A stretch of 64,000 bases of DNA from positions 30,430,741-30,494,740 of the forward strand of contig NC_068997.1 in NCBI RefSeq assembly GCF_001194135.2, given 5' to 3'. This stretch comes from Octopus bimaculoides. Taxonomy: Eukaryota. Both the position numbers and the translations under genes were made by a program. Positions 12,082 to 23,421 of this stretch are shown here, one piece after another. Numbering within the stretch: the stretch's first letter is position 1; each line of letters begins with the position of its first letter. A model generated the notes under the pieces. That model did no database searches. It was not told the origin of the DNA and saw only the letters and a program-made list of their open reading frames with translations.

Positions 12082-12342
12082 TAATAATAATAATAATAAA
12101 ATTAATAATGATAATACTAATAATAATGGTTTCAAATTTTGCCACAAGGGCAGTAGTTTTGTGGGAGGGGATAAGTTGATTATATTGACCCCAGTGTTCA
12201 ACTAGTACTTATTTTATTGATCCTGAAAGGATGAAAGGCAAAGTCGACTGCAAAGGAATTTGAACTCAGAACGGAGAGACAGGTGAAATACCACTAAACT
12301 TTTCATCCAATGTGCAAACGATTCTGACAACTCACCGCTTTC
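12082..12342 (-). mobile_element. tRNA-derived SINE (family 1)
   Basis: B-box gagttcaaattcc, central gtcgactttgcctttcatcctttc, long (ATT)n tail. Confidence 0.85.
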
Positions 12343-12369
12343 AATAATAATAATAATGATAATTATAAT

Positions 12370-13340
12370 GGATACAGTTGTGAAATGTCATTATTTTAGT
12401 AGATCTGTTGAGAATGAATGGAAGCCATAGGAGAACATAGAAAAAGGATGCATGACATTTGGATGCAGAAAGAGGGCTCAGATATTACAAAGCAGAGACT
12501 CTGTGACCAGATATTGGCGACAAAAGAACAATAATTGCTTACAAAAAATTACCAGGCTAACTTTTTTCAAAATGCAGTTTCTGAGACACATTTGATGAAA
12601 CTAATAGACAATCTCATCTCAAGATGTTCTGTGCTGACACCAAACAAATACAAAAATACAAAAATCATCATGATTTACAGTGGAAAATATGTAAGCACTA
12701 TAAAATCAGCACTCCTGCTTGCTGGTATGAATATCATCCTGGGCCAGTCATTGAAGGTAAAAATATCACTATCCTCTGGGATTTTCCAATCAACACCAAC
12801 AGAACGATCCAGGTTAATCAACCAAACATAATCATTAAAGACAGAGAAGAAAATACCTTTAGACTAATAGATGTAAATGTTCCCACTGATATGAACATAT
12901 CTGTAAAGGAATAGGGCAAATTAAGTAAATATACAGACCTAGAAATTGAAATATAGATGTGGCATCTAAAAGTAAACTCTTCCTGTTATTCTTTTCTACT
13001 CTAGGCACAGGGTCCGAAATTTTGGGGAAGGGGGCCAGTTGATTAGCAACTGGTACTTAATTTATCGACCCCAAAAGGATGAAAGGCAAAGTTGACCTCG
13101 GCAGAATTTGAACTCGGGACGTAAAGACATATGAAATACAGCTATGCATTTCACCCGGCATGCTAACATTTCTGCTAGCTCACCGCCTTAGAACTGTTCC
13201 TGCTATTATAGGTGCCCTAGGTATGATACAAAAATGGATATTTAATGATGTCTGTGTTGTATTACATGAAGATATTTTGCTACTGCCCCCGCCCCCAAGC
13301 TTTCAATCATATGAAACATCTTTCATCCTTCACTTACCCT
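12370..13340 (+). mobile_element. R4/Dong-like LINE RLE-domain fragment (diverged), interrupted by a SINE
   Basis: WKICKHYKISTPACWYEYHPGPVIEGKNITILWDFPINTNRTIQVNQPNIIIKD...IDVNVP; the frame resumes as TVPAIIGALGMIQK after the SINE. Confidence 0.8.
12991..13190 (-). mobile_element. tRNA-derived SINE (family 1) nested in the Dong fragment, 16-bp TSD
   Basis: TSD aactcttcctgttatt (12975-12990) vs aactgttcctgctatt (13192-13207), 2 mismatches. Confidence 0.85.
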
Positions 13341-13989
13341 AGGATGCTGTGTGTGTCTTAGCAAGTGACTGTAACAAACGTGCAAATTAAAAGTAAATAG
13401 TAATAATCTTGATAATAATATTAGTACTTAACCTTGTTCTTGATGGATCTCACTCAAGAATTTACTCTGTAAAAATTCTTCACAAGTAGAGTCAACTGTG
13501 AGGTTTGTATTTTTCTGAAAAATTCAAAAGAACACCATATGTACATGTTATCATTTCAAGCTGGTATGTTTTAAATTATAATTTATGACTAATTAGTATA
13601 CTGGGCATTGGTAATAATTTAATATGCAGAAATCATTCATTCAATCTATCAACACCCTTAGCTCTCCTTCTCTCTCATGCTCTCAAGTTGGCTACATATT
13701 TCTTGTACTATCTCTTAATCCTTCCTCTCATTATGGCTTCTTGTGCTATTCTCTGCTACTCTCACTGCTATTGTGTTCAGCCTAGGGCGAAAGTGCCCAT
13801 CCATTATGTTCACTTCTGGTCATAACATATATATAAAATACCTTACTCACATGCTCCTTGCTATTTATTTACTTATATCTGCAGCGCTAGTAATGTTTAA
13901 ATTTACAATGTCCAGAATGCTTATACTTACAAAGCCACTAACCCCTACTCCTACCCCCTGGTAGGAGCAACAATCTTATCACACTTGAA

Positions 13990-16900
13990 TGTTTCAATGA
14001 TGATAGGTTAAAAGGGAGGAGAGGTGTAGCATGTTTATCAAACGAACACGAAAACCTCCTCCTTCTACTTTTCTGGCACTAAATAACATCTTCCTTTCCC
14101 ATGCCTCCTTCCACATTCCTTTCTCTGTTTTTAGAGTTGACACTGTCAATGTGGGTACCTTGAAAGGTAGGTCTAGTGAGATTGTAGAGATACTTGAACG
14201 GAGATGTGTTGATGTATGCTGCATACAAGAGGTAAGGTGGAGAGGAGCTTCAACCAGGGTCCTCACAAGCAAAACACATATGTATAAAATCTTCTAGGAA
14301 GGTAACAGTGATGAAGTAGGGGTGTAGGCATACTCCTTGCAGAGAAATGGGTGGATAAGGTCATAGAGGTAGCCAGGGTATGTGATAGAGTGCTAAAGCT
14401 GAGAGTAGTCCTGCAGAATAGTATAGCCGCAATTATCTCTGCCTATGCCCCACAAGCGAGCCTACTCAATGATCAGAAAGATCACTTTTATGATACCCTT
14501 CTACATCCTACCTCAAAGACAAGTGGCAATGATCTCATCTTTGTGGCTGGACATTTTAATGGGCATGTTGGACGGCAATCTAATATCTTCCATGGTGTTC
14601 GTGGGGCCATAGAATTGGTTCCCGAAACGAAGAGAGACCTAGGCTACTGGAGTTCTGTGATGCAAGCAACCTATTAATCTGCAACACTAACTTCAGAAAG
14701 CCAGACAGTCACCTGATAACATATCAATCAGGCGACTCTGCTAGCCAGATTGATTTCATTTTCACCAAACAGTGGGATACAAGGTTGCTCTTAAATACAA
14801 AGACCCTCCCTGGTGAAGAATGTACCCCACCTCAGCATAGGCTAGTCATTAGTGACTTTAAACTTGAGGCCAGAAGGATGCCAAGAAGCAGACCAATCCA
14901 TAAAAGAAGGATTTGGAAGCTAAAGAACCCTTCACATGGTCAGAGATTAAGGGACATCCTCATTGAGAAATTTGATGAGAGTGATGAGGAGCTACAAACT
15001 TGGGACATAGAGGATAACTGGAAATTCCTACGGGAAAGCTTAATGAGCGTCACAGACCAAATCTGCAGCTAGTGCAAAGTTCCTTCCAGACCTAGGGTAA
15101 TGTGGTGGTGGAATAATACAGTAGACAAGGCCATTAGAGGAGAAAAACAGGCCTGGTAAACCTGGAAAAGTGAGGGTAGCAGGGAACTGTACCAGAAAGC
15201 CAGAAGGGAGGCTGGGCAACACATATACATAGCCAAGGAAGAAGCAGAAAAAAAGAAGTTTGCCAATGTTCAGAGACACGAGGGCCAAAGAGCTGAAATA
15301 TCTGAGATTGCAAGGTAGTGTGTGAGAGAAAATTGTGATGTTACAGGAGAGAAATGTGTCTGCATGGATGATGGTGCACTTGGTTTTAATGATTCTGGAG
15401 AGAAAGAAGCTTAGAGAAGCCATTATAAAAGGCTGCTGAATGTGGAGAATGAATGGGAGGAGGAGAGCCTGCCAAATGTTTATCCAGTCAAAGGCCCAGC
15501 TACCCGAATAGAGACCACCCCGTTAGATAAAGTAATTAAGGATATGAAGTAAGGAAAAGCTCCCAGTCCATCAGGAATCATTGCTGAGATGCTTAAAATA
15601 TCTGGTAGTATGGGTTATGGTCTAGTCACCTGTATTGTAAACCAGGTAGCTCATGAAGGAGTCATACCCAATGACTGGCATAGCAGTACCATAGTCAACT
15701 GCTACAAAGGTAAAGATGATGTTTTAGATAGAAATAGCTACAGGGGTATCAAAATGCTGGATCACATGAAGGTCACGGAGAAGGTCATAGCACAATTAAT
15801 TAGGAAGAGAGTCTGCTTAGATGAGATGCAATTTGGTTTTGTGACAGGAAGAAACACCACTGATGTTATATTCCTGGTAAGGCAACTGCAGGAGAAATAC
15901 TTAGCCACAGATAAACCCCTATACTTGTTTTTTGTTGACTTGGATAACACCTTTGATAGGGTCCCCTGATCCCTTATATGGTGGCGATGCAGAAACTAGG
16001 GATAGACGAGTGGTTAATAAGAGCTGTACAGTGATGCCGTCAGGAAGGTAAAGGTTGGCAATGAGTATAGTGAAGAATTCCAGGTAGAATTAGAGGTTCA
16101 CCAATGATTAGTCCTCAGCCCCCTCTTATTCATCATAGTCCTCCATGCAAAAACCAAAGAATTCAAGACAGGCTGCCCCTAGGACCTCGTCTATGTTGAT
16201 GATCTTGCTCTCATAGTGGAATCACTACCAGAACTAGGGAAGAAGTTTCAGGTGTGGAAGCAAGGTTTAGAATAGAAGTGCCATAGAGTTAACCTAGCAA
16301 AAAACAAAATCCTAGTAAGTAGGAAGGTTGACAAATCACAAACGCCTTCAGGTAGATGGCCCTGCTCAATCTGTAAAAAAGGTGTAGGTAGAAACTCCAT
16401 AAGATGTACTCAGTGTAAGCTATGTGTGTATAAGTGGTGCAGCAAGATCAATGGAAGGTTAACCAGGATGACAGCTTTTGTGTGTGGCAGATGCACAGGA
16501 GCAATAAACACCGTAGATACTCAGAAAGTGGATTCCATCACATGCCAGGGGGAGAAACTAGAAGGTTTTGATAGCTTCTACTACCTAGGTGACCAAGTAT
16601 GTAGTAGGGGTGGACACTTCAAGAGCATTGCCGCTAGAATAAGAATAGCCTGGACAAAGTTTAGAAAGCTCCCACTTCTACTGGTGACAAAGGGCCTCTC
16701 GCTCAGAGTGAAAGGTGGGCCATGACTGCTGAAAACATGTCTAGGCTTGAAAGAAATGAAGCTAGTATGCTCTGCTGGATGTGTATTATCAGTGTGCACA
16801 CACAACAGACTGTAAGCTCCCTGAGAGAAATGTTGGACATAAGAAGCATTGGATGTGGCATGCAAGAGAGACAACTGTGCTGGTATGGTCATGTGCTGCA

Positions 16901-17560
16901 TATGGATAAGGAGAGCTGTGTGAAGAAATGTCACCCGCTAACAGTAGAAGGAATCCATATAAGGGGGAGACCCAGGAAGACATGAGATGAGGTGGTGAAG
17001 TATAACCTTCAAACGTTGGGCCTCACAGAGGCAATACCGAAAGACCAAGACCTCTGGAGATACGCTGTGATTGAAAAGACCTGGCAAGTAAAGTGAGATT
17101 ACAACCATAGCCTATACCAGTGTTGCATAACCAGCCCATTAAAAAGTATCTTTGGATCGTCGGGCAACACAACATGCTTGAGGAGACCTATTGAATCCAG
17201 TAAAATCAAAAATCAATAATCAAATCACAATCGAAAATGGAAATTGTAGTTGTGGCTGTTGTCAGTGCCACCTGACTGGCTCACGTGCTGGTGGCATGCA
17301 ATAAGCACTATTCTGCATGGGTCATTGCTAGTGCCACCTGACTGGCTTCCTGAGCTGGTGGCATATAAAAAGAATCCACTACACTCTCGGAGTGGTTGGC
17401 GTTAGGATGCGCAGCCAGGTGTAGAAACAATACCAGATCAGATTGGAGCCTGGTGTGGCCTCCTGGCTTGCCAGCCCCTTGTCAAACCGTCCAACCCATG
17501 CCAGCATGGAAAACAGACATTAAACAACGACGAAGATGATGATGATGATGATGATGATAA
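13990..17560 (+). mobile_element. RTE-clade LINE, near full length (APE + RT), decayed
   Basis: APE: VNVGTLKGRSSEIVEILERRCVDVCCIQEVRWRG, SAYAPQ, GHFNGHVG, QHRLVISD. RT: YRGIKML, QFGFVTGRNTTDVIF, FVDLDNTFDRVP, LVYVDDL. 3' UTR with subrepeats and (GAT)n tail; many stops. Confidence 0.92.
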
Positions 17561-17564
17561 AGTT

Positions 17565-17715
17565 GTGACTGTGTGGTAAGAAGCTTGCTTCTGATCACAT
17601 GGTTTCAGGTTTAGTCCCATTGCATGGAACCTTGGACAAGCGTCTTCTAGTATAGCATTGGGGCAACAAAAGCCTTCTGAGTGGATTTGGGAGATGGAAA
17701 CTGAAAGAAGCCTGC
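17565..17715 (+). mobile_element. tRNA-derived SINE (family 2)
   Basis: gtgtggtaagaagcttgct (A box), ggtttagtccc (B box), ends gatggaaactgaaagaagcc then (TA/TG)n. Related pieces at ~18510-18620 (+) and 20648-20808 (-). Confidence 0.75.
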
Positions 17716-18835
17716 TGTATATATGTGTGGGGGGAAGGTGTGTGTGCGTGTGTATATATATATATATATATATTTATGTGTGTGTGTGTCTGTGATCTTG
17801 ATGATTATAATGACGATGTTGATGAAAGCAATAAGTAACATGTCTGTATACAATGGAATCTCCGCCTGTCACTCTCTTCAGTTTATAAATATCAGGCAAC
17901 CGTCTTCCACCACCAGATAATCAATACATTGCATTCACAGATGACATTATAGTCAATATCTTCCAGACAAAAACAATCACAATCAGAACCAGTGAAGAAG
18001 CTGCAATATGGTTACTCAACTTGCTAGAAATAGCAGCTTAGCCTCTCCCATATCACACCTCTAAACAAAGGATATTTTGTATTCTGTTGTTCTATTTGTA
18101 TTTTGTTAGAAAAAGAGATTCAAGGATTGTCACAGCCAAATGTATTTTTTTATCAGAGTCCTGTGGGTTCTGAGTTGACTTGGGGCAAAACAATAACAAG
18201 AAGCTTCATACATGTGATTAAGTAGGCCTCTCAATTGTTTTATAACTGAACACTAGAAAACAACTCCGCATATTTTTCACCACACCAAGTGAAAAACACC
18301 TTTTCGTTCAACATACAACTTAACTAGGATACACAAGCCATAACAAAACGTTCAAATTATTGGTCCTCACATCCAACACTAGATTAACATTCTGAACACC
18401 CAAACCAGAATAAAGAAACCACTGGATAAACTTTAAATATTTATTACATGATGATGATGCTGATGGCTGCATGGATAAAAAGTTCATTTTGCAAATATGT
18501 GGGTTTGGGATTTTGCTCACTGTATGGCACTTTGAGAAAGGTCTTCTACTATAGCCCTGGGGTCAACCAATACTTTGCAAGTGAATTTCGGAGATGGGAA
18601 TTTCACAAAAACCTTTCCTCTGTGTGTGCGTGTGTGTGTGTGTGTGTGTGTGNNNNNNNNNNNNNNNNNNNNNNNNNNNNNNNNNNNNNNNNNNNNNNNN
18701 NNNNNNNNNNNNNNNNNNNTGCAACTCACATGGTTTTGTTTGGAACCCACATGGTTTTGTTTGCACCCCCATAACATAGTGGTTTGGTAAAAAGAAACTG
18801 ACAGAAAAGTAGTATACTTAAAAATTTGTACTGGG

Positions 18836-19954
18836 GCTCATCATCATCATCATCGTTTAATGTCCACTTTCCATGCTGGCATGGGTCGGACAGTTTTACT
18901 ATGGACTGGAAAGCCAGTGGCTGCACCAGGCCCCAATTTGATCTGGCAATGATTCTACAGCTGGATGCCCTTCCTAACATCAGCCACTCTGAGAGTGTAG
19001 TGGGTGCTTTTTACATGTCACCGGCATGGAAACCAGTCAAGGGATACCAACATTGGCCATGTTCGGTTAGTGCTTTTTACATGCCACCGGCAAGGGGGCT
19101 AGTCAGTGGGTACTGGCATCAGCCATGTTCAGATGGTGCTTTTTGCATGCCACCAGCATGGGAGCAAGTCAGTGGACACTGGTCAGATCTACGATTCTCG
19201 TTTTACTTGACTCAACAGGTCCTCTCAAAGATATCATATCACCCGACGCATCAGGGGTACTCTTAAATGGGCTGGACATGCAACACTAGTATCAGCCATG
19301 GCTGCAATCTCACTTTAGTTTCCAGGTATTCTCAATCACAGCATATCTCCAATGGTATTGGTCTCCTGTCATTTCCTCAGTGTGGCCCAACTTTCGAAGG
19401 TCTTGCTTCATCATCTCATCCCATGTCTTCCTAAGTCTACCACTTCTGCAGGTTCCTTCCACAGTTAGGGAGTGGAACTTCCTCACACAGCTCTCCTCAT
19501 CCGTACAAAACACATGACCATATCAGTGTAGTCATCTCCCTTGCACACCACATTTGATGTTTCTTATGCCCAACTTTTCTCTCAGGGCCCTACACTCAGT
19601 TGTGTATGAACATTGACATTACGCATCCAGTGGATCATGCTAGCTTCATTTCTTTCAAGCTTGCACATGTCTTCAGCAGTCATGGCCCATGTTTCACTGC
19701 TGTGTAGCAAGGCAGCTTGCACACATGCATCATATCATATCATACCATCTACTTTTCATCCTGAGCGAGATGCCCTTAGTTGCCAACAGAGGTACGAGCA
19801 ACCTGAACTTTACCCAGGCTATTCTTACTCTAGTCGCTAAACTCTCAGAGCAACTACTTCTAGTTTTACCCTCTGGAATGTTATGGATTCTGTTTCCTGA
19901 GCATCTTCAGTGTTTATTACCCCTGTGCATCTGCCACACACAAAAACTATCTTC
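18836..19954 (-). mobile_element. RTE-clade LINE 3' fragment
   Basis: Minus translation EESCVRKFHSLTVEGTCRSGRLRKTWDEMMKQDL; 3' UTR with three subrepeats and a (GAT)n tail at ~18838-18856. Confidence 0.88.
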
Positions 19955-20632
19955 CTTTCGAATGTCTTCAATCCAGCATATAGGAGTCCACTTTTGCTGG
20001 TCATTCCTCTTATTTTTGTATGTAATATAATTTTAATCTTAGGATTTTTTTAATATGCTAGACCACTGGATTTAATTGATTAATATCAATTTATACCCTT
20101 ACTAATAAATTTTAAATAATGATGTTCCCAAACCGGTAAATTAGCTGCAAAAATTTATTAACTGCAGAGTTATTTCCGGACTCAGCGCGCCAGATTGAAG
20201 ACATTCGAAAGGATACACTGAATGTAATTTGTAGAACTCTACATGTGCTCCCTTTCAGGTGGACGTCTTGTGTCTAGTTCTGGAAATTATATTTTATAAA
20301 TCGACAGATTACACTGATGATCCTGCAGATATTTACTTATGTAGATTTTAACAGGTGAAACCATGGTACGTAGGTTAATCATTTTTGTATTTAGTATTTT
20401 TTCATTTGTCTTGCCCTTTTACAGTCTGTTGTGTCGCTAAATTTTTACTGAGAACATATTTTTCGTGCTTAGATGATTCGGCATCTATTTATAGCATATA
20501 GGAGTCCAATTTTGCTGGTCATTTCTCTTATTTTTGTATGTAATATAATTTTAATCTTCGGATTTTTTTAATATGCTAGACCACTGGTTTTAATTGATTA
20601 ATATCAATTTATACCCTTATTAATAAATTTTA
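19953..20632 (+). mobile_element. Non-coding pLTR/retrozyme-like unit: 21-bp inversion + 140-bp direct repeats around a hammerhead motif
   Basis: 19975-20114 vs 20493-20632: 140 bp, 5 mismatches, period 518. 19953-19973 is the perfect reverse complement of 20193-20213. Ends in (TA)n. Confidence 0.75.
20307..20375 (+). ncRNA. Type I hammerhead ribozyme motif (PLE-type)
   Basis: CTGATGA 20314-20320; stem II cctg 20322-25 / cagg 20352-55 with inner atttac-ttat-gtagat hairpin; GAAA 20357-60; palindromic stem III (A)CCATGG(T); GUA triplet, predicted cut after 20368. Stem I short (taca/cgta); 10.1-11.1 is U-U and 1.1-2.1 is C-A. Confidence 0.7.
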
Positions 20633-20647
20633 TATATATATCTATAT

Positions 20648-20803
20648 ATGATGGGGTTCTGTTAGTTTCTGTCTACCAAATCCACTCACAAGGCTTTGGT
20701 TGGTCTGAGGTATAGCAGAAGACACTTATCCAAGGTGCTTTGCATTGGGACTGAAACCGGAACCATGTGATTTGTAAGCAAGCTACTTACCACACAGCAA
20801 CTC

Positions 20804-20808
<5 letters not shown>
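20648..20808 (-). mobile_element. tRNA-derived SINE (family 2)
   Basis: Reverse complement of the family 2 head and body: gtgtggtaagtagcttgct...ggtttcagtccc. Confidence 0.78.
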
Positions 20809-20836
<28 letters not shown>

Positions 20837-20959
20837 TCACATTGAAGTGTGAAAAGTTTTATTTAAGTATCTCAAATTTTGGAGAGGAGAAAAAACCGAT
20901 GGGGGTTCTTCAATGTGTATATTAATGGTACAGTCGGCCAGTATGCTAGGGCAAATTTA

Positions 20960-21150
20960 TGCTTATGAGGGTAGGAGCCAAAAAAACTTACTTTTACAAT
21001 TTAGAGAGGTGTCCAGGTAAAGAGAGTCTTTTGGTATGATCCTTTTTCCAATCAAGCAGAGCTTGTCCCTTTTGCGATTGTCAAGGTAAGGTTTACACTT
21101 TTCTAGTATCATCCATTTTATATTATAATGTACAGTGCTTTCAATGTCTA
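20960..21150 (-). mobile_element. Penelope-like element C-terminal fragment
   Basis: HYNIKWMILEKCKPYLDNRKRDKLCLIGKRII...LNCKSKF resembles the PLE y.ikW.Il....Y......LC..EK..I...LN tail. Confidence 0.65.
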
Positions 21151-22604
21151 GATATGCTTCATTGGAGTGTGACATTTCACCTTGCTTGGAGATAAAATGA
21201 GGATTTGTGTTAAATGTGATCCTAAAGGGACTTTCTGTCATGCAAGTCTACCACCACCACCTCACATGCAATCATTTCTGTATTGCAATGACCATCCAGT
21301 TGACGTGATGTTATTTCTGTTTCAGTTTTGGATCTATTTACTAATGTTCTCTTTAGGCTTCAGCCACAGCTAAAAGAAACCATCCATGTGTGTCCATTAA
21401 ATATTTTCCTGCACCTAAGTGTTTTAGGGGAGTGTTTATTACTTGAATTAAATAAAACCATATGAACATGATATGTTTGCTTTCTATGAAAATGTGTATA
21501 TAAGTCATATGACTTTATGATGTTATTTTCTCATGATGAGGTTAGGGATGGGTATATATCTAATCTAATCATTAAACCACACCTGATTAGGGTTTCTTTG
21601 TAATATGGAGTTACAACATGAAAAATCTCATTTGAAAATATATTGGTGATTCCTCAGCTAACATCTTGACCAAGTTCCTGAAACTATGGCTGAATGGCAG
21701 AAACCAATATTAATATATGGGAGCTTCTCATTTAATTTCTAAGAGGGTCTATAGGTACCATTGTGGTAGTCTGATGTGACATGCAGGAAATTAACCACTT
21801 CCATAATTGTTTCTATTGTAATATTGAGCTCAAGAGAATTAAGGATATGGTTTACATTTTTTAAGCCTTGTTGCAGAAGCATGATTGTTCTGGAACTTTA
21901 GTTGCACACATTGTGGCTTTTTTACTTTTAACTATTCAGTAATGGTTGGATTCATTTAGTTTTGCTTGGACTGTCCCCCTCTTTAACGTGATGTACTAGA
22001 CTAGCATCTGTTCATCAGCTATGAAATGGGAAATTTTGGCTTGCTAAGGGAGGAGAGTTTTGCTGTGAGTGACCTGGGACTTTGATGTGAGAACAATTTG
22101 ATTTCACTTTACAGTTCTCAACTTGAACAGAATTCAAACCAGAATCTTTGACATTATGCTTCACATCTTACCAAAATTTGAATAGAATTGTAGCCAGAAT
22201 ATCTGTGAAGCTATTCTTCAGGTTTCTTAACCTTCATATCTTCATTTTTATGAGCATTTAAATCTATATAATGTTTTGGCAATTATTAATGTTTGCTGTA
22301 CCTGATTTTAGCAATAGTAATAAATATTTCTATGTGGTCAATTTCAAATTGTCTTTGAATTTGCTTATCATTATGCATCTTGAATTCATTAATCAGACCT
22401 TAAAACCACAATGCATACAACCACATATATACATTATCATTAAATTCCTATTGAGTGCATGATTGTTTACTCTTCTCAGTAATGCCAAAAGCATTCTGTC
22501 TCTATGGAGGCCAAAGCTAGTTGAAGAGAATTTCTTACTGAGCATATCTACAATAAAAAAGATCCTCCAATCTCATATGCATCAGCAATGTCTAATGTTC
22601 TTAC

Positions 22605-22746
22605 CACAATATGGAAGGTGCTTTTTAGGCTGGTCCATTTGTCTAAGGTCAAACCCTTTTGAAAAACAAGGTTTTCCTGATTTGCATGATGCTGATTGAT
22701 CTTTTCTTTCTCCTTTATTGGATTTTTCCAGGTTTTCTACAACTAT
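22605..22746 (-). CDS. TRPM: Probable TRPM linker exon (between MHR3 and MHR4)
   Basis: cattcag|ATA...G|gtaaga; 142 nt open, phase 0 to 1, which bridges exon 34600 (ends phase 0) and exon 8726 (starts phase 1). IVVENLEKSNKGERKDQSASCKSGKPCFSKGFDLRQMDQPKKHLPYC. Weak polypyrimidine tract and no strong motif conservation. Confidence 0.55.
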
Positions 22747-23089
22747 CTGAATGGTTTTTTTATGCAGGACAAATTTTCTATTACTTTATACTTTGAAATG
22801 TTAGTTGATGAGTATACTCTTACATAACTGTAATCTTTTGTAACAGCTCAAAAAGTACACATTAAAAGCATTTGAAATAATACCAACATGTGGTGTTTCA
22901 TTATTTTCATATTATACAAATCCTATTCATAGTGTATAACATATTCTTGCTTGGAAGATATAGTTATAATGCAATAAGGATAGAGGTGTGGAATGTTAAA
23001 TTGAACACTAAGTCAAAAACTTCTGGCAAATTGTATTGCATTAAAGCATTTTCACTGGATATTCATTTATAATGTTATTCTACATGTTA

Positions 23090-23290
23090 AGGCAGGAGGC
23101 TGACAGAATCATTACCATGCTGGGAAAAAAGGTTAGTGGCATTTCATTCATCTCAACATTCTGAGTTCAAATTCTGCTGAGGTCGACTTTGCCTTTCATC
23201 CTTTTTGTGGTTAATAAAATAAGTACCAGTTGTACACTGGGGTTAATGTAATTCCCTGAAATTGCTGGCCTTGTACCAGAATTTGAAATC
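23090..23290 (+). mobile_element. tRNA-derived SINE (family 1), 19-bp TSD
   Basis: TSD aatgttattctacatgtta (23071-89) vs aatgttgttctaaatgtta (23291-309), 2 mismatches; B-box gagttcaaattct. Confidence 0.87.
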
Positions 23291-23377
23291 AATGTTGTTC
23301 TAAATGTTACTGCATTACTATGTTTTCTCATTGTGTTATGCTTACACCATGGGTAGTAATAACTCAAATAGAGAACT

Positions 23378-23421
<44 letters not shown>

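Noticed and set aside
18240-18480. Possible additional PLE 3' end on plus
   Set aside because: Translation too degraded and no valid hammerhead core; not supportable.
23090-23170. tRNA-like A/B boxes in SINE heads
   Set aside because: They lack a cloverleaf and acceptor stem and continue into SINE body and tail, so they are not tRNA genes.
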